The position numbers were made by a program, and so were the translations under genes. Below the pieces are notes generated by a model. It was not told the origin of the DNA and did no database searches. It worked only from the letters and a program-made list of their open reading frames with translations. A DNA stretch of 62,897 nucleotides from Candidatus Moraniibacteriota bacterium. GTDB taxonomy: Bacteria; Patescibacteriota; Minisyncoccia; Moranbacterales; GCA-2747515. Below are positions 19,619-27,848 of the stretch, piece after piece. Every line of letters starts with the position of its first letter. Position 1 is the first letter of the stretch. Location: contig JAUVJK010000001.1 of NCBI GenBank assembly GCA_030592425.1, positions 1 to 62,897 on the forward strand, given 5' to 3'.

Positions 19619-20044
19619 TCACTTAGTCCTTTTTTTCTTATCGCGTCGTGTACCGTATTTACTGCGTCCCTGTTGTCGTCCTTCAACACCAGCACAGTCA
19701 AGAACTCCTCGCACAACGTGATAACGTACACCTGGCAAATCCTTCACACGACCACCACGAATCACAACGATCGAGTGTTCTTGCAAGTTATGTCCTTCAC
19801 CACCAATGTAGGCTGTTACTTCCTGTCCATTTGTCAATTTTACACGTGCAATCTTTCGGAGAGCAGAATTCGGCTTTTTTGGTGTTGTTGTCGATACTTT
19901 AATACACACACCACGTTTAAATGGTCCTTGTGATTTTACAGGTTTATTTTTCAATGTATTGAAAACTTGTGACAACGCTGGAGATTTATTTTTTTTCCCC
20001 TGTTTTGCGCGCGGTCGCTTGATCAACTGGTTTATTGTAGGCAC
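19619..20044 (-). CDS. rpsL: 30S ribosomal protein S12
   Basis: [12 protein letters not shown]..., ...[19 protein letters not shown].. Confidence 0.98.
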   Translation of the reverse strand: MPTINQLIKRPRAKQGKKNKSPALSQVFNTLKNKPVKSQGPFKRGVCIKVSTTTPKKPNSALRKIARVKLTNGQEVTAYIGGEGHNLQEHSIVVIRGGRVKDLPGVRYHVVRGVLDCAGVEGRQQGRSKYGTRRDKKKRTK

Positions 20045-20125
20045 AGTAATTGTAGCGTACTGCGAAATGCAGCATATCGCCTAATAAAGATAATAAAAAA
20101 TTACTGGAAAACTCCAGTACGGTCT

Positions 20126-20154
20126 ATACTATAGAATCAACGAAGTTTTGTCAA
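20126..20154 (-). promoter_or_regulatory. candidate sigma-70-type promoter of the rpsL operon
   Basis: Minus strand reads TTGACA (20154-20149), 17 nt, TAGTAT (20131-20126). A 7-bp hairpin TACTGGA-AAAC-TCCAGTA (20102-20119) would sit at the very 5' end of the leader. Confidence 0.45.
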
Positions 20155-20236
20155 CAGTACTATGACCAATTAGTCTGGATCTTAGTCATCATCCAAATTT
20201 CATCATAAAAAATTGAAAAAGTAGTTAGCTAGTATC

Positions 20237-20269
20237 AAAGAAAAAGGAGGCATTCTATTAAACACCCCC
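20237..20269 (-). terminator. Rho-independent terminator after the 59-aa ORF
   Basis: Minus-strand stem AGGGGGT / GCCTCCT (two G:U pairs, so it forms only on the minus-strand RNA) followed by TTTTTCTTT. Confidence 0.5.
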
Positions 20270-20290
20270 TGGATTCATTAACGACTATCG

Positions 20291-20470
20291 TTATCGATGC
20301 TGTACTTCTCGATCTTTAGAATTGTATTGTTTTGGCAGAGGAACTATTCCTAGCATTTGAGCTTGGGTCAATAACATGCCTTGTTCTACCGCTTTACGCG
20401 TTCTCTCTGCGATGCCAAGTTCATTACTACGACCTTTTTCCAGATCAACATTGTTAGCTTGCTTCGCCAT
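20291..20470 (-). CDS. small hypothetical protein (59 aa, below the ORF-track cutoff)
   Basis: Hand-translated: MAKQANNVDLEKGRSNELGIAERTRKAVEQGMLLTQAQMLGIVPLPKQYNSKDREVQHR*. GAGGAG lies 8 nt upstream of the ATG and the ORF has its own terminator. Confidence 0.55.
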   Translation of the reverse strand: MAKQANNVDLEKGRSNELGIAERTRKAVEQGMLLTQAQMLGIVPLPKQYNSKDREVQHR

Positions 20471-20541
20471 TTTCGATTCTCCTCATTGATTGATTGAGAC
20501 TAAAAATGTACATAGAGCATAGATCAAAAGAACTCTTTTGT

Positions 20542-21258
20542 CTACAGCATCATTTGAAAAAAGAAATTCCAAACATAATTCAACGCTTCACTCAAAAACT
20601 CTGAAACGAAAGTAATGCCGATCATCGGCAATAAGAACAGAATACCAATGAGGATAAAAAGTCCCCATTGCTCAAACCTCATTTGAATCTCATCAGGAAT
20701 ATTGAATATCGTGAAAAGCAACTTCGATCCATCAAGTGGCGGAATTGGGAAAAGATTAAAGATCCCAAGAAGTACATTCCAAAAGATTGCCATCGCACAA
20801 AAAAGAAAAACAATTGATGCAAACGATCCAGATACATCCGCAGCGAGAGTTTCCCAATTACCACCAATAAGTTCATTGAGAATTTGCATTTTTTCTACAC
20901 CAAGAAGCGGCATCATTTTCCCAGAAATTGCAAATAGGAAAGCAAGAAGAAAGTTCATTCCTGGTCCTGCAAGGGCTACAAGAACGGGTCCCCATTTTTT
21001 ATAACGCAAGTTGTATGGATTGAATGGCACTGGCTTTGCCCATCCAAAAGCAAATCCTGCCGTCATGTACATCACGATTGGCACAGCGATCGAACCAATT
21101 GGGTCAACATGCGTTTTTGGATTTAATGTTAACCTCCCTGCAAGCTTCGCTGTATGATCACCAAGTTTTAGCGCGATCAAGCCATGTGAGATCTCATGCA
21201 AAATAATTGAATACAACAGGAGGAGAAAATAAAAGATCAAAAGAATAGCAACTTCCAT
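20542..21258 (-). CDS. site-2 protease family (peptidase M50) membrane metalloprotease
   Basis: HEISHG (HExxH) in a TM helix plus FNLFPIPPLDGSKLL motif; 238 aa polytopic. Confidence 0.88.
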   Translation of the reverse strand: MEVAILLIFYFLLLLYSIILHEISHGLIALKLGDHTAKLAGRLTLNPKTHVDPIGSIAVPIVMYMTAGFAFGWAKPVPFNPYNLRYKKWGPVLVALAGPGMNFLLAFLFAISGKMMPLLGVEKMQILNELIGGNWETLAADVSGSFASIVFLFCAMAIFWNVLLGIFNLFPIPPLDGSKLLFTIFNIPDEIQMRFEQWGLFILIGILFLLPMIGITFVSEFLSEALNYVWNFFFQMML

Positions 21259-21391
21259 AATATATATTAAGTCAGATTATTGTTTTCTAAGTATACTCAC
21301 GAGTGCCAAATCACGCAATTTTTTAAGAAAATAAAAAATCGATGATCATGAAGAATATATTATTCTTCTATGTTCACCGATAGTATTCATC

Positions 21392-22108
21392 CTACACGCC
21401 GTATTGATTCTGATATTCTTTGATCGAATCACGAGCATGTCTAGCAGTAACTGGCCAACCATTGTTATGATGACTGATGATGATTTCTGGATCAAATCCT
21501 TCAAGATAATTCATTAGTTCACCGAGAGTGATGACCGACACAACTTTAACGTTCAAGTTTTTTTCAAGTTCCTGTGCTGCCGAGTAGACAGAATCAGCGC
21601 CACGTTCCTGACGATCAAAAGCTGTCACTATGCCGGCAAGCGTGCCACCATTCGTCTCGATCAATTTTGCAGCATCATACTTCGTTGCGCCAGTTGTAGC
21701 AACATCATCAAGCATTAAAACTTTACCTTCGATCGGTGCACCGACGATAGAACCACCCTCACCATGACCTTTTACTTCCTTACGATCAAATGACCACGGC
21801 GTATCCCTCCCCGTCTCCACATCATATGCATCGGCAACAGAAACAACCAAAGGAATACCCTTGTATGCCGGACCGAACATCCCATCAAATGTTATGCGAT
21901 GTGCCAAAATGGTCTGTGCGTAAGCGTGCGCCAATTTCTTTGTTGCCTTTCCCGTACAAAACTTACCGCTATTGAAGAAATACGGACTGTCACGTCCTGA
22001 TTTCAGTGTAAATGTTCCGAATTGCAGAGCTTCACAGTCAATACAAAATTGAATGAACTCCTGCAATCGTGTTTTTCTCATCGATACAGTTCCTTCTTGA
22101 TTTTTCAT
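21392..22108 (-). CDS. pyrE: orotate phosphoribosyltransferase
   Basis: FTLKSGRDSPYFFNSG and PRPP-binding VLMLDDVATTGATK. ORF-track GTG start 22177 trimmed to ATG 22106-22108. Confidence 0.88.
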   Translation of the reverse strand: MKNQEGTVSMRKTRLQEFIQFCIDCEALQFGTFTLKSGRDSPYFFNSGKFCTGKATKKLAHAYAQTILAHRITFDGMFGPAYKGIPLVVSVADAYDVETGRDTPWSFDRKEVKGHGEGGSIVGAPIEGKVLMLDDVATTGATKYDAAKLIETNGGTLAGIVTAFDRQERGADSVYSAAQELEKNLNVKVVSVITLGELMNYLEGFDPEIIISHHNNGWPVTARHARDSIKEYQNQYGV

Positions 22109-22191
22109 ATCTTCACCTTTTTCTAAAAAAATGATGAAACTAGCTATACCAGCTCCACATAGGATCAAAAGATTCACTTTACTGATAACTA

Positions 22192-22920
22192 TCAGTCAAG
22201 TACAGATGCAATTTCATCCAAAGTTCGTTCTACAGCCATTCTTGGATTGTCAGCTTGTGTAATCGGGCGTCCGATAACGAGCCTTTTTGCACCGGCTGCA
22301 ATCGCATCTGCTGGCGTAGTTACGCGTGACTGATCATCACCTTCAACAACTGTCCAACTTGGGCGTATACCTGGCGTATTACAGTCAAGATAAATATCTG
22401 GCATATCTGCAATGATTCCGAGTTCTTTCGGGGACAGAATAAGACCATCAACATTACCGTCTTGTGCAATCTTTGCAAACCGCGCGACTCCCTCTGCCGG
22501 AGTGCAACCAAATATCTCTAAACATTCCTCTTCATCAAGAGAGGTCAAAACAGTGACTGCTAATACTTCAGTCAGCGGCAATACATTACTCAGTGCCCGC
22601 AGACCACGAGTACCAGCATTAGCCATAGCTGTTACAATTGCAGGCTGGTCTTCTGTTAGAAAAAGACCATCGATCTCCATTGTCGCAGGGATATCCACCA
22701 ATTTATAGTCAGCAAAGACTTTGAGACCTCTTTCATTAATCTCTCTGATAAGCCCCATTCCCAATGCTCGCAAAGCAGAATTCATTTTGAAAATAACACC
22801 TGTTCCCTCCAGTTGATCAGCTAGCGCCATAATCTTCTTATGCACACCTTTACGACCGCTACTATCTGGAGCAAAATCAGCGGCAATAATTAGTCGTTCT
22901 GATATTGGTATATCCGACAT
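22192..22920 (-). CDS. pyrF: orotidine-5'-phosphate decarboxylase
   Basis: ERLIIAADF, FADYKLVDIPAT (DxKxxDI), VIGRPIT. Trimmed to ATG 22918-22920, which is preceded by AGAGGA. Confidence 0.88.
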   Translation of the reverse strand: MSDIPISERLIIAADFAPDSSGRKGVHKKIMALADQLEGTGVIFKMNSALRALGMGLIREINERGLKVFADYKLVDIPATMEIDGLFLTEDQPAIVTAMANAGTRGLRALSNVLPLTEVLAVTVLTSLDEEECLEIFGCTPAEGVARFAKIAQDGNVDGLILSPKELGIIADMPDIYLDCNTPGIRPSWTVVEGDDQSRVTTPADAIAAGAKRLVIGRPITQADNPRMAVERTLDEIASVLD

Positions 22921-23086
22921 TTTTACATTCCTCTTCTTGAGGTTAAACAAAAAAGGCTGAATTTTTAAAGAACAATTCTTCCTCACGTGATGCGTAGACT
23001 AGCAAAATGGCTTTGATACGTCAATTTATTTTGTTCATATGCAAACATATCTGAAACTTCTTTCTATCGTAACGAAATGCACAATC

Positions 23087-23125
23087 AAAAAAAGAAATAG
23101 GTATTTAAATACCTATTTCTTTTTT
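23087..23125. terminator. bidirectional terminator-like perfect palindrome
   Basis: AAAGAAATAGGTATTT/AAATACCTATTTCTTT flanked by an A-run and a T-run, downstream of the mutY-like gene. Confidence 0.6.
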
Positions 23126-23211
23126 AGATCAAATAATTGATTCCTCATTATTACTTCTCCAGCCATTATCCTTTTCTTCTGTAGAGGCAAACGGTTATTA
23201 AAAATGTCATC

Positions 23212-24102
23212 CTACTTCAGTTGCCACAAATTATTTTTATGTATAATCATACCTTCCTTCTGTAATTGCAAAAGAATATCGGTAAGCCATCTTTTATCCT
23301 TTTGTCCATCCCAATCCTTTTTAATTTTATTTCCTATTATATTCGTATCAGCCTTTTTTGAACGCAAAATCTCAACGATCCGCCCGCGATAGATCCGTCG
23401 CGGAATATGTTTTCCTTGCTCACTACGTCCTGGCTCTTTCTTTTTTGGTCGCACATAGTCATTTGGATCTGGAAAAGCTAAACATTGACTTTTAAACGGA
23501 CATTGCAAACATTGTGGATTCCTCTTGGTACAAATAAGAGATGCGAAATCCATCAGAGCACTGTGAAAATCACGTGCACGTCCATGTGGCAAAAATGTCA
23601 ATACTATCTTCTCTGCTTTTTTCTCACTCCATTGTCTTTTACCATGCCACCGCCTGATCACACGGTCAATATTGACGTCACGCGCCATCAGGTCAAAATT
23701 ACACCCAAAGACAAGAATTGCATTTCGCGTATAAGGTCCGATACCTGGCATTGTCTGGAGGATCTCTGGATCACGTGGTACGCGTCCATTGTGATCTTTG
23801 ACAATGATCTTTGCCATTTTGTGGAGATTGAGCGCACGACGGTTATAACCCAATCCTTGCCACTGCTGCAAGACAGAGGACTGACGTGCTCGCGATAACT
23901 TTTTCCACGAAGGAAAACGTTTCAAAAAAGCAGTATATTTCTCAATAACCTTCGGCACATTTGTCTGCTGCAACATGATCTCTGACACGGTGATATGGTA
24001 CAGATCATCCGTGTGACGCCATGGCAGATCATGACGACCATATTTCTCATACCATACAAAAAGTTCCTTCTGAAATTTTTTCATTTGTTCACTTTTTATC
24101 AT
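23212..24102 (-). CDS. mutY: MutY/Nth-family adenine DNA glycosylase (HhH-GPD, Fe-S), no NUDIX-like C-domain evident
   Basis: WYEKYGRHDLPWR, SEIMLQQTNV, GLGYNRRA, MPGIGPYTRNAI, and Fe-S loop C-X6-C-X2-C-X5-C (CTKRNPQCLQCPFKSQC). Trimmed to ATG 24100-24102. Confidence 0.85.
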   Translation of the reverse strand: MIKSEQMKKFQKELFVWYEKYGRHDLPWRHTDDLYHITVSEIMLQQTNVPKVIEKYTAFLKRFPSWKKLSRARQSSVLQQWQGLGYNRRALNLHKMAKIIVKDHNGRVPRDPEILQTMPGIGPYTRNAILVFGCNFDLMARDVNIDRVIRRWHGKRQWSEKKAEKIVLTFLPHGRARDFHSALMDFASLICTKRNPQCLQCPFKSQCLAFPDPNDYVRPKKKEPGRSEQGKHIPRRIYRGRIVEILRSKKADTNIIGNKIKKDWDGQKDKRWLTDILLQLQKEGMIIHKNNLWQLK

Positions 24103-24178
24103 ATTGTTATCGTAACAAATAATACAGAGGAAAGAAAAAAGCCTGAATGTTTCCAGGCTTATGCGACTGTGCAAACAC

Positions 24179-24412
24179 TCAGCCTATTATGTTTTCCTCA
24201 TCCCAAGCGTCATTATATATGCCTGTATGCTCTTTTTGTGCTTGTGCATTTCGTGCAATACGTGCAACACGCTCCGCCTCCTGGACATCCGAGCAAGCTA
24301 CGATCTCAACAATAATAGGCACGCAACCGTCGGGACAATGAAGATTTCCATCTGAATCAAGTATTTTTTCTCTGTTGCATATCGCGCAACTATATCCAAT
24401 GCCAGTAGCCAT
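24179..24412 (-). CDS. small Cys-rich hypothetical protein (putative zinc ribbon)
   Basis: MATGIGYSCAICNREKILDSDGNLHCPDGC... (CxxC...CxxxC). ATG 24410-24412 is preceded by GGAGGA at 7 nt; the ORF-track start 24451 lacks an RBS. Confidence 0.6.
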   Translation of the reverse strand: MATGIGYSCAICNREKILDSDGNLHCPDGCVPIIVEIVACSDVQEAERVARIARNAQAQKEHTGIYNDAWDEENIIG

Positions 24413-24525
24413 TATTAATCCTCCGCAAAAAAATTGTTTGTGTTGGGTCATTTCTTAAAAGAACCACTTCTAAAAAATACTCCTAGATTATTATGATGTC
24501 AATCATTTCATTCATGATCGATTAG

Positions 24526-25026
24526 CTATTCATCATCAATGAATACCTTTGTCATATTTAAATTTTTCACCATCTCATATTCCCTCTGACATCCAGAAGA
24601 CTGTTGCCAACGGTTTGCAAAAATGATCACATCAACTTTTCCTGATGTGAGAAGTGGTGCAAAAAATTTCTCAAATTTTTCATTAATATTTTGTTCTTTG
24701 AGATTTTTCAGATTTGAATTATGAAAGGGAATTTGATTAAAAACAAAATAACCCTCTTTTTCATACTGATCAATAATCATTTGCAATTCCTTTAATTGTT
24801 CCTCCATCGATCGATCTGTCGTCGGAGACATTGGGTGCGAGACAAAAAGAACTTCTTTATCTTCCCTATTATCATATATAAACTGAAGTGCGATTTCTAA
24901 CGCTTCGTCATATGTTTCTACGAAGGCCAATTGATCTTTAAGATCTTCATGATCTATTTGCCTCTTGTTCTTTTTTTGTATATTCAATTGATCAGTAGAA
25001 AATTGATCTTGTATTCGTGGTTCCAT
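24526..25026 (-). CDS. hypothetical protein, possibly nucleoside 2-deoxyribosyltransferase-like fold
   Basis: 166 aa. VLFVSHPMSP...GYFVFN...DVIIFANRWQQSSGCQREYEMV resembles the W..S.G...E motif of DUF4406/NDT-like proteins. Weak, memory-based call. Confidence 0.5.
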   Translation of the reverse strand: MEPRIQDQFSTDQLNIQKKNKRQIDHEDLKDQLAFVETYDEALEIALQFIYDNREDKEVLFVSHPMSPTTDRSMEEQLKELQMIIDQYEKEGYFVFNQIPFHNSNLKNLKEQNINEKFEKFFAPLLTSGKVDVIIFANRWQQSSGCQREYEMVKNLNMTKVFIDDE

Positions 25027-25183
25027 TTGATTATTATTTTTCGGATAAATACAGATGCTTTTTAGAATCTAACCGAACACTTTTATACAATAATACATTA
25101 ATTGTATAAAAGATCAGTGCAAGAATAATTGAAATAATAGCAATAACATACATTTATTATATATAGCTATTTATGATTTATCC

Positions 25184-25678
25184 CTATTCTTTCTCCTGCC
25201 ACAAACCGACATGACCAGCAAAGGCCTGCTTTTGAACTGCACGAAATGTATCCACATGCGCAACATCTGGTGGAATCGTTATGAATTGTGCATACCCTTC
25301 TGCGATCATGACTTCATTGATCCATTGATCTCCGATATAAACATGTCGCAAGAGACGGTCATATTTATCTGTTTCAGAGACGTCCTTCACAAGGGTAACG
25401 TTTTTCCCTTCTACAAGTTCTTTCATCCGCTGAGTCGCTTCATCAAAATACCATTTCCCTTTTTCTGGCGTATCAATACCAAGAAGTCGCACTCGCCGCC
25501 CATCATCAAGGACAAATGTATCTCCATCAATTACACGCACAACATGAACCGTAGTAATTACATCAACAGTTGATATAGTATCCGATGTGCTTTGTAACAA
25601 TACTTCTGCATACCACAAAAGAATTAAGCCCAAAAGAGCGACAATAACACCAATGATCAACTGTTTTTTATTTTTCAT
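25184..25678 (-). CDS. membrane-anchored/secreted thermonuclease (SNase family)
   Basis: N-terminal TM/signal helix, then VIDGDTFVLDDGRRVRLLGIDTPE...DRLLRHVY...INEVMIAEGYA. Trimmed to ATG 25676-25678. Confidence 0.88.
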   Translation of the reverse strand: MKNKKQLIIGVIVALLGLILLWYAEVLLQSTSDTISTVDVITTVHVVRVIDGDTFVLDDGRRVRLLGIDTPEKGKWYFDEATQRMKELVEGKNVTLVKDVSETDKYDRLLRHVYIGDQWINEVMIAEGYAQFITIPPDVAHVDTFRAVQKQAFAGHVGLWQEKE

Positions 25679-25808
25679 GAAGAATAAAAAATTTATTTTC
25701 AATAATATTCTCTTATTATTACAAAATTTCACCAAAAGAAAAAGCCGTATCCACACTGTGGTGCAAATACGACATAAAACTTTGTTATGATCTTGATAGA
25801 ATGTATTT

Positions 25809-26243
25809 CTAATCGTAGCAAACAATGATGCATTTATCATCTAGTCCAAGAGTCGCGTCGTGAACGCTTTTCATTTCAGATGTAAGTCCCGACATACTAC
25901 TGTTTCCTCGATATCTTTGTTGTGTACCAAATAAAGACGAATTTTCCTCTTCCACAAGACGTCGATGAACTTCATCCTTATCCGAATAGTTCTCAGGCAT
26001 AGGAATGCCACTGATATCATCAACGCCGAAACAGTCCTTCAAATGACCACTAAGGTTTTTGTACACGCCACGCTCCCTGATCTGAGTCTCTAAATCTTTC
26101 TTCTTATTCTTAAAGCGCTTCTCACACTCTGCATTATCCGTTCGCAAAGCACGTTTTAATTGATAAATTACATTATTATACGCCACGATCACACTTCCAT
26201 GACGAAAAATACTATTGTCATTCTGATAATTCAATGAATCCAC
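25809..26243 (-). CDS. hypothetical protein
   Basis: 144-aa ORF with a GTG start preceded by AGGGGA; no recognisable motif. Confidence 0.5.
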   Translation of the reverse strand: MDSLNYQNDNSIFRHGSVIVAYNNVIYQLKRALRTDNAECEKRFKNKKKDLETQIRERGVYKNLSGHLKDCFGVDDISGIPMPENYSDKDEVHRRLVEEENSSLFGTQQRYRGNSSMSGLTSEMKSVHDATLGLDDKCIIVCYD

Positions 26244-26354
26244 AACAATTTCCCCTACTATTAAGCTACAAGAATATACTATTGCAAGAAGTTCCTTGCT
26301 AAAAAAATTATACTCCCGTCTTTTATAATATGCAAGATGAATTGACTTATATAA

Positions 26355-26387
26355 TAAAAAAACAGGCTTTTATCATGCCTATTTTTT
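26355..26387 (-). terminator. weak terminator-like hairpin after ndk
   Basis: Stem ACAGGC/GCCTAT (1 mismatch) flanked by A7 and T6 runs, 20 nt after the ndk stop. Confidence 0.4.
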
Positions 26388-26405
26388 CATCGTAAGTAAA
26401 GTCTT

Positions 26406-27032
26406 TTACTCCAAAATGCCATCCATATTCACATCGTAGAGAATTTGTTCTTGAATGTGTCGATACTCAATAATATCATCTTCATCAAACCAGATTGCAA
26501 TCTCTTTCTTTGCCTCTTCTGGATCACCAGATGCATGAATCAAATTTCGGATCGAACGATTATCTGCATCTGCCAACTGGTAAGAATCCAATGTGAAATC
26601 ACCACGAATTGTGCCAACATCTGTTCCAAGAGGCTCTGTTCCACCAGTAATTTTACGTACCAATGGAATTGCATGACTTCCCTCCCAGATCATCGCGAGA
26701 ACTGGCCCAGCTGACATATACTTTGCATTTGCTTCAAGGATTGCAACGCCATTATCGCGGTATGTCTTATAGGGTGATTTCTCACCTTTCTTTTCATATG
26801 CCGCAGCTGCTTTTTCACCAACCGTCTCAAGCCATTCCTCCCCGCCAACCATGTAATGCTCTGTCGCTCGCTCTGGTGTTGGAAGTACCATTTTCATCGC
26901 AACAAGTTTCAAACCAACACGCTCATAACGGCTAATGATCTCACCCATCAACGATCGCTGAATACCATCAGGCTTAATGATAACAAGCGTACGTTCATTT
27001 TGCATTTTTTGTGCCATAGTTTTATGTGTCAT
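26406..27032 (-). CDS. ndk: nucleoside diphosphate kinase (long form with internal insertions)
   Basis: RTLVIIKPDGIQRSLMGEIISRYERVGLKLVAMKM, TIRGDF, NLIHASG (active-site His). 208 aa versus about 140-150 in typical NDKs. Confidence 0.9.
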   Translation of the reverse strand: MTHKTMAQKMQNERTLVIIKPDGIQRSLMGEIISRYERVGLKLVAMKMVLPTPERATEHYMVGGEEWLETVGEKAAAAYEKKGEKSPYKTYRDNGVAILEANAKYMSAGPVLAMIWEGSHAIPLVRKITGGTEPLGTDVGTIRGDFTLDSYQLADADNRSIRNLIHASGDPEEAKKEIAIWFDEDDIIEYRHIQEQILYDVNMDGILE

Positions 27033-27054
27033 TTATTAAAATGTAATCACAGGC

Positions 27055-27082
27055 ATTATAACAAATGAGCACGAGAAAACAA
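27055..27082 (-). promoter_or_regulatory. candidate ndk promoter
   Basis: Minus strand reads TTGTTT (27082-27077), 16 nt, perfect TATAAT (27060-27055), 22 nt upstream of the ATG at 27032. Confidence 0.45.
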
Positions 27083-27187
27083 GACCCGTCACTCATGAGT
27101 GACAGGTCAAGTCACGTCGCTCGCGAGAAACGTCACTCGCGAGTGACGTATCGAGCGATGTAACAAGACCTATCACTTGCAAGTAAG
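27078..27187. repeat. cluster of three related palindromes (GTCACT-N4-AGTGAC type) with a 25-nt direct repeat
   Basis: P1 GTCACTCATGAGTGAC at 27088-27103. P2 CGTCACTCGCGAGTGACG at 27131-27148. P3 ACTTGCAAGT at 27175-27184 within TATCACTTGCAAGTAAG. AACAAGACC-NN-TCACT occurs at both 27078-27093 and 27062-27077+100 (that is, 27162-27177). Confidence 0.8.
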
Positions 27188-27248
27188 AGATCATATTTTA
27201 TGGCACGATCATTTATAAATGCTATATATCACAAATAACGTAAAAGAT

Positions 27249-27836
27249 TCACAGAACAAGAGGAAAAAGATGTGGTGTAATGAACGCTTCCACAAGAGCA
27301 GCGATAACGAGCAGTGGCGCAATAATATAGACAAAGGCACGCAGCGCCAATCGAATATGCGGGCGTAATGATTCTTTAAAACGTGTCCGACGATACATAC
27401 GAAAACCAAGTAAAAAGCCATAGGAACTCGCGAGAAGAAAACCCGTCAACTCAATAATGCCATGCGGAACAAGAAGGATCAGAACCTCCGCCAAAGGCGT
27501 TCCCGTTGCAACAAGATGAGCACTGAGAAGACCGAGAACATTCCCATTGATCAATAGATACATAAATGGTGGAATGCCAAAAAGAAGTCCACCAATAAGC
27601 GCCACAAATGATTTGAGAACATTATTCACCATGATCACAAGCATCAATTGCCATGATGAGAGATCCATAAAGAATTCTGCAAATTGTCCCAAGTCATCAA
27701 GTACCTCTGTTGTTGCTTCTGAATTCGTTAGAGCCGTATAGATTCCGAAAAAAAGAGCGCTCAAAAAAATAATAATCGTCGGAAGGAGAAATCGAAAAGT
27801 TGGCTGTAGTGGCTGAAAATATTTTTTTATATCCAT
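27249..27836 (-). CDS. SpoIIM/DUF95-family membrane protein
   Basis: 195 aa polytopic; VPHGIIELTGF motif typical of stage II sporulation protein M-like proteins. Confidence 0.8.
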   Translation of the reverse strand: MDIKKYFQPLQPTFRFLLPTIIIFLSALFFGIYTALTNSEATTEVLDDLGQFAEFFMDLSSWQLMLVIMVNNVLKSFVALIGGLLFGIPPFMYLLINGNVLGLLSAHLVATGTPLAEVLILLVPHGIIELTGFLLASSYGFLLGFRMYRRTRFKESLRPHIRLALRAFVYIIAPLLVIAALVEAFITPHLFPLVL

Positions 27837-27848
27837 ACCAAAATTTTA

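Noticed and set aside
25034-25153. 39-aa hydrophobic ORF (MYVIAIISIILALIFYTINVLLYKSVRLDSKKHLYLSEK) between the nuclease and the 24526 gene
   Set aside because: It has no RBS, lies in AT-rich spacer where such ORFs arise by chance, and contains a perfect 12-bp inverted repeat (25080-25112) that is more simply an RNA or terminator structure.
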